64,000 bases of DNA from Bacilli bacterium (GTDB lineage: Bacteria; Bacillota_I; Bacilli_A; RFN20; CAG-826). Shown here piece by piece: positions 17,995 through 27,550 of the stretch. Position numbers and translations under genes: made by a program. The notes beneath the pieces were generated by a model. That model did not search any database. It saw nothing but the letters and a program-made list of their open reading frames with translations, and was not told the DNA's origin. The DNA lies in assembly GCA_041653015.1 (NCBI GenBank), contig JBAZGG010000005.1, positions 1,958 to 65,957 on the forward strand, in the 5' to 3' direction. Every line of letters begins with the position of its first letter. The first letter of the stretch is position 1.

Positions 17995-18537
17995 ATGAAA
18001 AACAAAAAAACAACAAAGAAATTCGCAATCGCTCTATTAGCATTGCTCGGCGTCGTTAGCACTGGCGCAACCTATGCGTATTGGCAAGGTGCAGTCCTAG
18101 GTGCAAATCAGAACGCTGCTGCAACGATCAACATTGGCCACGCCAGTGAAATCGAAACCGCTGTCAATGTCAGCAACTTAACCGCTGGCAAGGAACTCGT
18201 TCCAAGCGGAAGAGTTGAAGACGCCGCTACACAAACCGATTTAGTCGCATTTGATTTCAGTGTCACATGGACGGATGAAGATGCCGTGTTGTCTGATGCT
18301 GTCGCAAATGGTTCTCTATCAGTCGCTGTTACTGGCAAAACAATCGCTGGTGCTGCTGCTAACATTGGACTCGTCAATGTCACTCTTCCAGATGCCCAAG
18401 CAATCGTATTAAGTGGTTCCGCCGTTGCTGTTCATGTTGAAGTCACTTTGACTGAACCTGAAGACAAGGCTGTCTACGATGCCATCATCGATCAAGAAAT
18501 CATTGTTGCTCTCAATTTCGCTGTCGAAGTTGCTTAA
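17995..18537 (+). CDS. TasA/camelysin-like secreted protein with SipW-type signal peptide (candidate major fibre subunit)
   Basis: KK-rich N-region, hydrophobic core, GATYA|YW cleavage motif (cf. TasA GGTWA|AF), LVPSG (cf. LKPGD); Ala/Val-rich, acidic, Cys-free mature chain; strong GGGAGG RBS. Confidence 0.7.
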   Translation: MKNKKTTKKFAIALLALLGVVSTGATYAYWQGAVLGANQNAAATINIGHASEIETAVNVSNLTAGKELVPSGRVEDAATQTDLVAFDFSVTWTDEDAVLSDAVANGSLSVAVTGKTIAGAAANIGLVNVTLPDAQAIVLSGSAVAVHVEVTLTEPEDKAVYDAIIDQEIIVALNFAVEVA

Positions 18538-18570
18538 TTGATTGACCCAATACATTAATTGATTCTTATT

Positions 18571-18605
18571 GAAACGGGAACCACATGGTTTCCGTTTCTG
18601 TTTTT
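18571..18605 (+). terminator. Intra-operon stem-loop / leaky terminator
   Basis: GAAACGGGAACC-ACAT-GGTTTCCGTTTC followed by TGTTTTT. Confidence 0.75.
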
Positions 18606-18621
18606 GAAGGGAGGTTAATTT

Positions 18622-19950
18622 ATGAAGAAAAATAGCAAAATTTATGTAATTTCGCTTGTTTTACTTGGTTTATTAGCTTCTTTTTCTTCTACATATGCTT
18701 TTTGGCAAGGCTCGGTAAACGCATCATCAAACACTAACAATCAGAACATCTATATCGGTTCTTGGGATTTTGAAGAGAATACTTATGTGCGCCGACCACG
18801 TGGCATCCCGGAATTTGTTCTTGGGCATTATTATCCAGCGAATACCGTCGTTTGGTACGATGGGGCTTTTTACATCACGCGCGGTGATGGATGGCAAGAA
18901 GGATATCCACCTTCTCCCGATGCTTATAGTGCATACAACATGATTACCGTAAATCACCAGATTGGTAATACTTATTACAATAATGATGTTGTTTACTATG
19001 AAGGATGTTTTTATCGCGTCGTTGATGCCGGTAATGCTAACAATCATTATCCTGGCACGACCATGTATGGTTGGTACAATATGAATTCTATCAATTTTAC
19101 TTCTCATCAAAGATTCATGAAGAATGATTACACAATTTATCAAGGCATTCTTTATGTCTCATCGATCGATAATCAAGAAGAAAACTCATCTACGACCCCT
19201 GATTCGAGCAAATATTGGCATATCGCTGGATCGATGGAATACGATTTAAGCATTCGCTATTACGCAAATGATATCGTAGCGTTTAATGGTTTATACTATC
19301 GCGCTGCGTGGGAGACGATCGGTTCTAGCCCCGCTAACACAAATCCTTGGGGACCATGGATTAAAATAACTATCTCCTCCTATGAATCTGGAGTCACTTA
19401 TTCAAATGGACAGATCATTCTTTATGGTGGGCATCAGTATAAGGTCATGAATTCATCTCTTGCCGCCAACCATGCTCCGGGGACAATTACTGGCGCATAT
19501 AAACAGATCGATACATATACTTACACCAGCAATAATACATATTTAATCGGCGATGTCGTCATGTACAATGGTCAATATTGGAAAGCTGTCAACGCTGAAA
19601 ATGCTCAAAATAATCTCCCGGGCACAGTTAAAAATGCTTGGAATCTTCTAAATACAAGCGATTATCAGTGGTTTAATACATATAATTCCGGCGACTATGT
19701 CGTATGGCATAGCAAGAAATATATGGTATATGATGCCTCTCGCGCTAGTCTCTACGCTCCCAATACGGAACCTCGAGCTTGGAATATCGTCAATACTTTT
19801 GCCTATAACAATTATACCGTCTATACCCCTGGAGTCATCAGCGGGATAAGCATCTATAATGATGTGGCTTATCGCGCCATTCAAGAAACGGTGAGCAATT
19901 ATCCTCCAATAGATCCAATCCCATCAAATATATACTGGACTGAGTATTAA
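18622..19950 (+). CDS. SipW-signal protein with 8 tandem CBM5/12 (chitin-binding type 3)-like repeats
   Basis: STYA|FWQG cleavage motif; repeats of about 45 aa with consensus Y...Y..GD.V.Y.G..Y.........P.....W. Confidence 0.75.
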   Translation: MKKNSKIYVISLVLLGLLASFSSTYAFWQGSVNASSNTNNQNIYIGSWDFEENTYVRRPRGIPEFVLGHYYPANTVVWYDGAFYITRGDGWQEGYPPSPDAYSAYNMITVNHQIGNTYYNNDVVYYEGCFYRVVDAGNANNHYPGTTMYGWYNMNSINFTSHQRFMKNDYTIYQGILYVSSIDNQEENSSTTPDSSKYWHIAGSMEYDLSIRYYANDIVAFNGLYYRAAWETIGSSPANTNPWGPWIKITISSYESGVTYSNGQIILYGGHQYKVMNSSLAANHAPGTITGAYKQIDTYTYTSNNTYLIGDVVMYNGQYWKAVNAENAQNNLPGTVKNAWNLLNTSDYQWFNTYNSGDYVVWHSKKYMVYDASRASLYAPNTEPRAWNIVNTFAYNNYTVYTPGVISGISIYNDVAYRAIQETVSNYPPIDPIPSNIYWTEY

Positions 19951-19966
19951 TTATTAGGATAACGCC

Positions 19967-20551
19967 ATGAAACAAGAAAACAATCATGAAACGCAAAAAG
20001 AAAAAGTTATCGATATAGTGACGAGAGTTGGCATCTCGACATTGATCATCGCTATCTTATTCTTTGTCATCAGTTTTTTATATATTCCAACCTTTTCCTA
20101 TAATATGTATTCCATCGCCTCTTTCAGTGGTTTAGATGGAGTGGATTCTTCGCTGAATGAGAATGATTTATTGATCACGGAGAAACGCGATTTCACTCAG
20201 TCGCAAGGCGATGTCATCGTCTTTGATTTAAAAGGCTATGACGATAGCGATGGCATGATGGCTTATCGCTGTTTTGCTGTTCGTCAAGATCATGAGACTG
20301 GACTTCCATATTGTCTCGTCGGATCCACTGATAGTTCCATTTCCTACCCTTGGAAAGTAACTGAGGATATGTATCGAGGGACTGTGATTGTTCGCATCTC
20401 AGGAATGGGAGCTATAACCGGTTTCTTCGCAAATCCATTGAGCCTTATTTTTTGGGTTGTCGCTGGTGCTTCTGTCGCCGGTATTGTCATCATCGTTAAG
20501 CATAAGCCAAAAGAAAAATCTGAAAATGAAGATAAAGAAAGTAAAAAATGA
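19967..20551 (+). CDS. SipW-like S26 signal peptidase paralog, probably catalytically degenerate
   Basis: N- and C-terminal TMs and GDVIVF box present, but SFSG in place of SGSM and MAYRC in place of VTHRI. Confidence 0.55.
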   Translation: MKQENNHETQKEKVIDIVTRVGISTLIIAILFFVISFLYIPTFSYNMYSIASFSGLDGVDSSLNENDLLITEKRDFTQSQGDVIVFDLKGYDDSDGMMAYRCFAVRQDHETGLPYCLVGSTDSSISYPWKVTEDMYRGTVIVRISGMGAITGFFANPLSLIFWVVAGASVAGIVIIVKHKPKEKSENEDKESKK

Positions 20552-20575
20552 TTCATTTGAATCAAGCAATAACTG

Positions 20576-21328
20576 ATGGATGAATTAATCGAAATCTCTC
20601 GAAAGAGTGCCGAAGAAGAAAAAAAGAGTGTTGGACGCATCGTTTTTAACGTTATATTTTGGAGCGTATTCACATTTTTTGCGGCATACTTTATTTTTGA
20701 TACATTTTTGCCAAATAAGACCGTTTACATTTTCGGTATTAAAGGTTACACCGTCGAGAGCGAAAGTATGGTCGGTATCTACAACAAAAACGATGTTGTT
20801 TTCGTAAATGCCCCAGACTATGACAAACTGCAAGTTGGCGACATTATCACTTATGAGACGTATACAGTGACGAGAAGCGATAGTGGATTGAACTATTCAA
20901 TCATCACTTCTGACATTGTAAATACTCACTATTTGGCTGAAATCGGCACAGATGTCAATGGTGTGATATATTATCGGACGATGTGCTACGAAAACTTTCA
21001 TAAAGATTCGACGACATGGTCAAATTCAGATTATGATAAATACTATAATAAAAAAGGCGAAGAAGTTTTATTGCGACGAGAAGACATCTTAGGAAAGGCT
21101 GCTTTTTCTGTTCCTTGGGTCGGCAACATCAATAGTGTGTTTCAAGTTGTTTTTGGCGATCGCATATTCGTTTTATTGCTCTTCAGTGATGTCATCATCT
21201 TCTATTTGCTTTTCAGTATGCTGTGGTCTGATTATCGCAATTATCGCTCTGATAAGAGCGCGCTCGCTAAAAAGAATGAGAAAAAAGCGATAGATCAGAT
21301 TGAATATAAAAATGACCGAAAACAATAG
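20576..21328 (+). CDS. sipW: SipW-type (ER-type Ser/His) signal peptidase I
   Basis: N-terminal TM, YTVESESM (catalytic Ser), GDIITY, VNTHYL (His), ILGK..FSVPWVG, C-terminal TM. Confidence 0.75.
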   Translation: MDELIEISRKSAEEEKKSVGRIVFNVIFWSVFTFFAAYFIFDTFLPNKTVYIFGIKGYTVESESMVGIYNKNDVVFVNAPDYDKLQVGDIITYETYTVTRSDSGLNYSIITSDIVNTHYLAEIGTDVNGVIYYRTMCYENFHKDSTTWSNSDYDKYYNKKGEEVLLRREDILGKAAFSVPWVGNINSVFQVVFGDRIFVLLLFSDVIIFYLLFSMLWSDYRNYRSDKSALAKKNEKKAIDQIEYKNDRKQ

Positions 21329-21431
21329 TGTCGCGCACATAGTATAATCTCTGATGACGCCCTCATTTTATTAAAAAAATAAAAACATTTCTCCCGTTTC
21401 TGTACTACAATAAAAGTGCTAGTATTGGAAT

Positions 21432-22436
21432 ATGCAAAACAATAGAAAATTTTCTTTCCCCATTTTGGTGATCACAGCATTTATTTGTACCGCCTGCTCA
21501 CTCACGGGCCCCTCTCATGAAGTTCAAGAGTATTTCAGCGAGTTGCCATATCAGGACAATTTCAAAATAATGCAGCTGTCCGACATGCATTTTTCAAGCT
21601 ATGATAATTTGAAGGAAGACTTTAATTTCCTCGATTCGCTAATCGAAGAAGCAGAACCAAATCTCGTCGTCATCACTGGTGATTCATTCACTTTCGCTTC
21701 GAAAGACACCGTTAATTCGGTGCTCAATTTTTTTGAAAAAAAAGATATACCTTGGACTTACACTTTTGGCAATCACGATGAGCAGGTCTATGGTTCGAGC
21801 ACTTATATAAGCGAATATTTGGACTCATTAGACAATTGTTTATACCAATATTATGAGGATGATTTGACGGGACAAGGAAATAATATAATCAATTTAGTTA
21901 AAGATGGGAAGACGATGTATCAGATATTCGTTGTCGATTCCAATACCTACACTTATCAAAACTACACTGGCTATGACTATGTTCATGAAGATCAAATTGA
22001 ATGGTACAAGTCAGCGATTGAGAAAGTGAACAAGGAACGTTTTTCTGCATCGTGGAAAATCGGTGATGAGACTATTGACTCTTTAATTTTTCAGCACATT
22101 CCCATTCCTGAATACGCCGATGCGCTCATCGCTTATGCGGACAATCCATCAATCGGAACTGGTTGGAATAGAGAAAAATGCAGTCCGCCAAAGTATAATT
22201 CGGGCTTTTTTGATGTAATCAAAGAGTATAATTCGAGCAAAGCGATGTTTGTTGGTCACGACCACATCAATAATATTGATGTGCTATATGAAGGGGTTCA
22301 TTTAGTCTATGGTGCAAAATCGACAGATAACATGTATCACGACGACGATATGTTGGGATATCGATTAATCACCATCGAGAGCGAGACGAGTTTTTCAACA
22401 AGCGTCTTTTACCACGCGTATGGAGAAGCATTATGA
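21432..22436 (+). CDS. Calcineurin-like metallophosphoesterase lipoprotein
   Basis: CTAC lipobox-like, LSDMH, ITGD, FGNHD, FQHIP, GHDH. Confidence 0.85.
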   Translation: MQNNRKFSFPILVITAFICTACSLTGPSHEVQEYFSELPYQDNFKIMQLSDMHFSSYDNLKEDFNFLDSLIEEAEPNLVVITGDSFTFASKDTVNSVLNFFEKKDIPWTYTFGNHDEQVYGSSTYISEYLDSLDNCLYQYYEDDLTGQGNNIINLVKDGKTMYQIFVVDSNTYTYQNYTGYDYVHEDQIEWYKSAIEKVNKERFSASWKIGDETIDSLIFQHIPIPEYADALIAYADNPSIGTGWNREKCSPPKYNSGFFDVIKEYNSSKAMFVGHDHINNIDVLYEGVHLVYGAKSTDNMYHDDDMLGYRLITIESETSFSTSVFYHAYGEAL

Positions 22437-23344
22437 AATTGAAAAGCGATGGAGTGTTAAAAGCTTTAATTTTCTCTTTTATCGCCCTGCTAGCCTCATA
22501 TTATATTTTTATGGGTTTTCAGAGTTTGCTCACGATGATCAGCAAACAGGGAACGCAATTTTTACCGGAAATTGGACCATTTTTAGTATCGATTGAATTG
22601 ACAGCTTTTTTAGTCTATGAGTATCGATATATGTTCATCAAACAGAATGACCTAAGAGGTTTTTATTTTCACAATGGTCTTTTTCATGTCATCTCGTCCT
22701 CGCTATGTATCATCTTTATGCTCTATTCAACAATCACATATCAAAATTGGGGCGTCGGTGGCCCAACGACATATTATCCAATCGATTTTTTGATGATCAG
22801 TATCATGTGTCTACTAGTCGGAGTGTTCAACCTCATTCTTGCGAGGAAGACGCCTGCTGTCCCAACAAATTTGTTAAATCGAAACAGGAAATTGCTGAAA
22901 GTGGCGTTTCAAGTTTTTCTCTACGTATTTTTATACGTTGCTTTCGATAGGCTTGGCTGTGCTATCTCAGTTTTATTTTTAGGTGAATATTCTTCGATAG
23001 GGTTTTTGTTCCCGGTGTTTTTACTCTGCTTAATGCCTATCGTCAGCGCGGTGTTTTTTGCTATTTATAAACGCTCCATAAATGGAAATAAAAAGAATTT
23101 GCTGTGGATTATTTCATCTTCTGTCATCTTATTCATCACAGTATTATGCATCGTTTACATATCGTTTATGCTCAACAGTGAGTATGCGACCGCTTTTATG
23201 AAAGCTCTCTCACCATTTTATGGGGCTGATAGGTTAATTGCCATGCCGATTACCCTGATTGCTATCAGCGTGTTAATCATTGTTCCATTAGTGGTGGGGA
23301 TTTGTAAATTTTTGATCTATAAATTTGCTTTGACCAAGAATTAA
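22433..23344 (+). CDS. Hypothetical polytopic membrane protein
   Basis: About 8 hydrophobic segments; ATGA coupling to the phosphoesterase gene. Confidence 0.65.
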   Translation: MKLKSDGVLKALIFSFIALLASYYIFMGFQSLLTMISKQGTQFLPEIGPFLVSIELTAFLVYEYRYMFIKQNDLRGFYFHNGLFHVISSSLCIIFMLYSTITYQNWGVGGPTTYYPIDFLMISIMCLLVGVFNLILARKTPAVPTNLLNRNRKLLKVAFQVFLYVFLYVAFDRLGCAISVLFLGEYSSIGFLFPVFLLCLMPIVSAVFFAIYKRSINGNKKNLLWIISSSVILFITVLCIVYISFMLNSEYATAFMKALSPFYGADRLIAMPITLIAISVLIIVPLVVGICKFLIYKFALTKN

Positions 23345-23358
23345 TCTTTCACAAAATG

Positions 23359-23386
23359 AAAATACAACCCGCAAAGGTTGTATTTT
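23359..23386. terminator. Bidirectional terminator
   Basis: AAAATACAACC-CGCAAA-GGTTGTATTTT between convergent genes. Confidence 0.8.
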
Positions 23387-23400
23387 TTAAGTTGTTTAAT

Positions 23401-23955
23401 CTATTTCGAGAACGCTTTTAGCAATTCAACGCATGAGTAGATTTCAGCTCCATACACATCTTTCAAATATTTTAAACCGATGTCATAGTCTTCTTTGGTG
23501 AAAGCATCTGTGGCATCTTTGCAGACGACCACTTTGAATCCTAATTGATATGCATCAGCGGAAGTGTGTCTAACACACATGTGCGTGTGTAAACCAGTCA
23601 TGATGACTGTATCGACACCAAGCTCTTTTAAGAGAAGATCGAGGTCGGTGTGAAAGAAGCCACTATAACGGCGTTTTGGTACGACATAATCCTTTTTACC
23701 AAGTTTTAGTTCAGGAATAACTTCAGCACCTTTGCTACCGGCAATAGCGTGATTTCCCCATAATTTTAACTCGTGATCAATATCTTTGACGTGCGCATCA
23801 TTACAAAAGATGACAGGGACGCCATTTTTTCTCGCTCCATCGAGTAATTTAGCAGTTGTGGGAACAATTGCTAAACCGCGGTCGCATTTAAGCGCTCCGG
23901 TCACAAAGTCGTTAAGCATGTCAACCACAAGAACTGCACAATGATTCTTATCCAT
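23401..23955 (-). CDS. Isochorismatase/nicotinamidase-family cysteine hydrolase
   Basis: VVDMLNDF, VPKRRYSGF, TGLHTHMCVRHT. Confidence 0.88.
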   Translation of the reverse strand: MDKNHCAVLVVDMLNDFVTGALKCDRGLAIVPTTAKLLDGARKNGVPVIFCNDAHVKDIDHELKLWGNHAIAGSKGAEVIPELKLGKKDYVVPKRRYSGFFHTDLDLLLKELGVDTVIMTGLHTHMCVRHTSADAYQLGFKVVVCKDATDAFTKEDYDIGLKYLKDVYGAEIYSCVELLKAFSK

Positions 23956-24211
23956 AAAAACTCTCCATTTCTTGCTATACGCAAGTTATATTAAACCATA
24001 TTATCAATAAAATATTAATATAATTTGCATAATCATCGAGAAGGCAAAGGCTGGTAATTGCTCGTCCAATCTCTTTTATTAAAGTATAAACATTGACTTG
24101 TTCATGAAAAATATCCAATATTAATAATGTTTGTTACGTTAATAATATGTTCTGATTGTTTATGCATAGATATTGAATTTTGAATTATATATGAGCCTAA
24201 GGAGAGATATC

Positions 24212-26848
24212 ATGGCTTTAAAACATTCTTCTCGCAAAGCTGTTATCGCTTGCTCATCAGTCCTTATGACTGTTGGTGTAGTCTTATCTTTTGCGCTTAA
24301 TCGAGTCAATTATCATTTATTCGATGCGATGGGTTCGACGACTTATTCTGTCACTTTTGATAAAGATAATGGCCAGTTGAGTGGCAACTATGTTACTGAA
24401 GTGACGAGCAATTCTAACGCCACGACAACTTTTGGCAACCATCTCGAAGTTGATTATTACCAATGTGGTTATTATCCATCGACCAAGACCGATATTTATG
24501 CTCAAATGAAAAAGGGCGTGGGATATTTCTATAACACCGATACCACAGATGTTTCAAATGGGATTTATCCGCTGACTGCTATTTCGAGCATCACGATTAA
24601 TTTCACAGGTGGCACGCCCACTATATATTATGGTTCATCTGAGAATCCAAGCACCAATAGCACAACACTGATAAGTGGTACTTCTATTGCTGTGTCAGGT
24701 GTCAATTTCTTTAAAGTGGCAGCCAATTCCTCAGGTGTTACTTACATAACATCGATAATCGCACAATATGTCTGCTCTACGACCCCGGTGTTAAATAGCG
24801 TTACCATATCTGATAGTGTTGAGCGTTATCAATTGGGTTCAACCTACAATGATGTCAATGGTCTATCTGTCGTAGCGAATTATAACACTGGTAATCAAAC
24901 TATTACCTCGGGATATATCATCTCTGGAACCGGTTTTGATCCCAGCAGCGCTTTTATAGCTACTGGTGAGTTCTCTGTTCAAGTAACCTATGAAGGCACA
25001 ACATCTAATTCTTTGGCGGTTACTGTCTATGATCCAAGCGTTCCGACGGCACCAAATTCAATAGCTCTTAACAAAACGACGCTCTCACTTTCATCTGGTG
25101 CCACATCGGCGCTCACATATACATTATCTCCATCCTATAGCACAACTACTGTTACATGGTCATCTTCATCGCAGAGTGTTGCTACCGTATCGGACAATGG
25201 TTTAGTGACGGCTAAAGCGGATGGAACATCTGATATCGTAGCAACGACAGCAAACGGAAAGAGTGCAACCTGCTCTGTTACCGTATCTTCTCATTACGCT
25301 ACCTCAATAACTTTAAATAAGCATACTGAAGTGAAAATTAATACGACCGGAAGCACAACTTTGACTTATACGATTCTCCCAACAATCGCCGCATCGACGA
25401 CAATAGTTACCTGGAGTTCATCAAACACTAGCATTGCGACTGTTTCTGATGGAACGGTTACTGGTGTCAGCGGTGGATCGGTGCAAATAACTGCTCGAAC
25501 CAATAATGGATTGATTGCAACATGTGATGTATGCGTCTACAAGAGTTCTTTGACGAGCGGATATTCAATCACGACATCTGGTGTTGATTCAACGACATAT
25601 ACAGCATCGACGATTATGGAGGCTTCCGCTTATGTTTCTTTGGCGGTGATTCGCCACCATACGAAAGTAACCGTTTTATTCGCTTTTAATAACACGATGA
25701 GCAGCAGCGATTTCGTCACATATATGATGGAAGTTGATTCCAGCTCAACGATCGTCGCTTCGACATATGCGACAGGCAGTAATAAAACTAATGTTTTTTC
25801 TATTTCTTATCTCTCATCTTGCGCTACTATTCATTCTTCTGAATCCGAAACATATCCAGACTTGCTAGATGCCAATAATATTCTTCGCCAAAGAACAATG
25901 ACACACCGCGATGCTAGTTATAATTCCTTTCCGATAGATCAGGAGAATAACGGAACTCTGAGCATATATAACTCCGAAGAGTTGTGGTGGGCATTAAATC
26001 ATGGTTACAAGCCATCTTTTCCCACAACTAACAGCAAAGCCGAGGCGTTCTATCTAGAATGCAAAGATATTTTGCGAAACATTCTAAACGATGATATGAG
26101 TGACTTCATGAAAGTGATGACTATTTATCGATTTATTGAAGATAATAGTTGGTATGACTACGCCTCACTAGATTATTCTGGTAATTGGACTAATAACACT
26201 GCATATTATCTCGAAGGATTTTTACAACATCGAACATGTGTTTGCGATGGTTATTCAAAAGTGATGGCACTCCTTTGCGGTATTGAAAATCTCGAAGTGG
26301 TGAGAGGCTACGGTTATGATACTAATGGTGGTCACGCTTGGAATTATGCCAAGATCAATGGAACATGGTATCTCGTTTGCCCGACATGGGGTCAAGCTGA
26401 TTTATCCTCTTCAGCTACAGGCAATATATTTGGCACCGCAACATCATATATCGATTATGGTGCTTTCATGACAAAATCATCTTATTTCACCGATAATTCA
26501 GACTATAATTTCGTGCAAAAAATATGGCAAGAGGCTATTAATGGTGCTACTTCCGTCTATTCAAATATCATGATACAAGACACTTTTACATATAATTCGA
26601 CATCATATGATTTCTATATCGATAGCGCCGCTAATTTGACTTCTGTCTTTGCTGCATTATCGACAAATGGAATTATTGGCAACGACATGTATGTGACTCT
26701 CCAAGATTCAAGCAGTTATGTGACGACCAACACAGTGTCTAGCGCTTTATCAGCAGCAGGCATTTCATATTCGACACTTGGCATTATCACCAGCACTTCC
26801 GGTTGTAGTGGTAGCAACACTTACAAAACCGTATTGATTAATGTTTAA
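24212..26848 (+). CDS. Surface protein with Ig-like (Big_2) domains and a transglutaminase-like domain
   Basis: Signal/TM anchor; two VTWSSS...VATVS...VTA repeats; VCDGYS and GGHAWN; ATG 24212 after AAGGAG. Confidence 0.8.
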   Translation: MALKHSSRKAVIACSSVLMTVGVVLSFALNRVNYHLFDAMGSTTYSVTFDKDNGQLSGNYVTEVTSNSNATTTFGNHLEVDYYQCGYYPSTKTDIYAQMKKGVGYFYNTDTTDVSNGIYPLTAISSITINFTGGTPTIYYGSSENPSTNSTTLISGTSIAVSGVNFFKVAANSSGVTYITSIIAQYVCSTTPVLNSVTISDSVERYQLGSTYNDVNGLSVVANYNTGNQTITSGYIISGTGFDPSSAFIATGEFSVQVTYEGTTSNSLAVTVYDPSVPTAPNSIALNKTTLSLSSGATSALTYTLSPSYSTTTVTWSSSSQSVATVSDNGLVTAKADGTSDIVATTANGKSATCSVTVSSHYATSITLNKHTEVKINTTGSTTLTYTILPTIAASTTIVTWSSSNTSIATVSDGTVTGVSGGSVQITARTNNGLIATCDVCVYKSSLTSGYSITTSGVDSTTYTASTIMEASAYVSLAVIRHHTKVTVLFAFNNTMSSSDFVTYMMEVDSSSTIVASTYATGSNKTNVFSISYLSSCATIHSSESETYPDLLDANNILRQRTMTHRDASYNSFPIDQENNGTLSIYNSEELWWALNHGYKPSFPTTNSKAEAFYLECKDILRNILNDDMSDFMKVMTIYRFIEDNSWYDYASLDYSGNWTNNTAYYLEGFLQHRTCVCDGYSKVMALLCGIENLEVVRGYGYDTNGGHAWNYAKINGTWYLVCPTWGQADLSSSATGNIFGTATSYIDYGAFMTKSSYFTDNSDYNFVQKIWQEAINGATSVYSNIMIQDTFTYNSTSYDFYIDSAANLTSVFAALSTNGIIGNDMYVTLQDSSSYVTTNTVSSALSAAGISYSTLGIITSTSGCSGSNTYKTVLINV

Positions 26849-26885
26849 AATTGTTTGCACTTAAAAAAGCTAATTGATTTTGTTT

Positions 26886-27398
26886 TTAGAAACTCTTGTC
26901 GACTGAATGAGCAATTTTATATGCGCCGATATCAGAGATGAGAGAAGAAACAAAACCGACGAGAAGTAAAACTGGAACGCTTAATGCCCAGCTCATTAGA
27001 CATTCTTCAATCGTCATATTGTGCAATATCAAATAATTAAGAATCGTCAATGAAGGCGAAATGATAGCAAAATAGATCATAGTCACGATTAAAGTGGATA
27101 GCAATCTATATTTCATGTTCCCAGTATAGGTGTCATTTTTGACGCCAAATAATCCAGTAAACCATCTGCCGATCGCCGTTAATGGTACGAATAGACCGAT
27201 GCACATAGCAAGCACGAAGGCGACGGCGAAGTTTAATCCAATATTCATCCAATTAATCTGATCAAGATAGAGCGAAATAACATTTCCCCCATCTTCAAAT
27301 TTCATGGCAGATGCGATAGCGCTAGTCAAACACAAAAAGAAGCACACGGGGATGTTACATATAATGTTATAGATGACTAAACTCCAATGTATTTTCAC
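26886..27398 (-). CDS. Hypothetical membrane protein
   Basis: Four TM segments; GTG start 8 nt after TTGAAA-17-TATAAT. Confidence 0.65.
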   Translation of the reverse strand: MKIHWSLVIYNIICNIPVCFFLCLTSAIASAMKFEDGGNVISLYLDQINWMNIGLNFAVAFVLAMCIGLFVPLTAIGRWFTGLFGVKNDTYTGNMKYRLLSTLIVTMIYFAIISPSLTILNYLILHNMTIEECLMSWALSVPVLLLVGFVSSLISDIGAYKIAHSVDKSF

Positions 27399-27550
27399 AA
27401 GTGAGAATTATATCGGTAAGTCAGTTATTTTTCAATATAAAAATAATGTGAGGGTTTCATTATTGCTCATCATCGAGATTCAATTGATATGAGCAAAAAC
27501 AAAAATAAACAGAATACCGCCGTCAAAGCTTTTAAGTTATAATTGTGAGT

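Noticed and set aside
19967-21328. Read-through fusion of the two SipW-like ORFs (same frame)
   Set aside because: Three in-frame stops lie between them (TGA, TGA, TAA).
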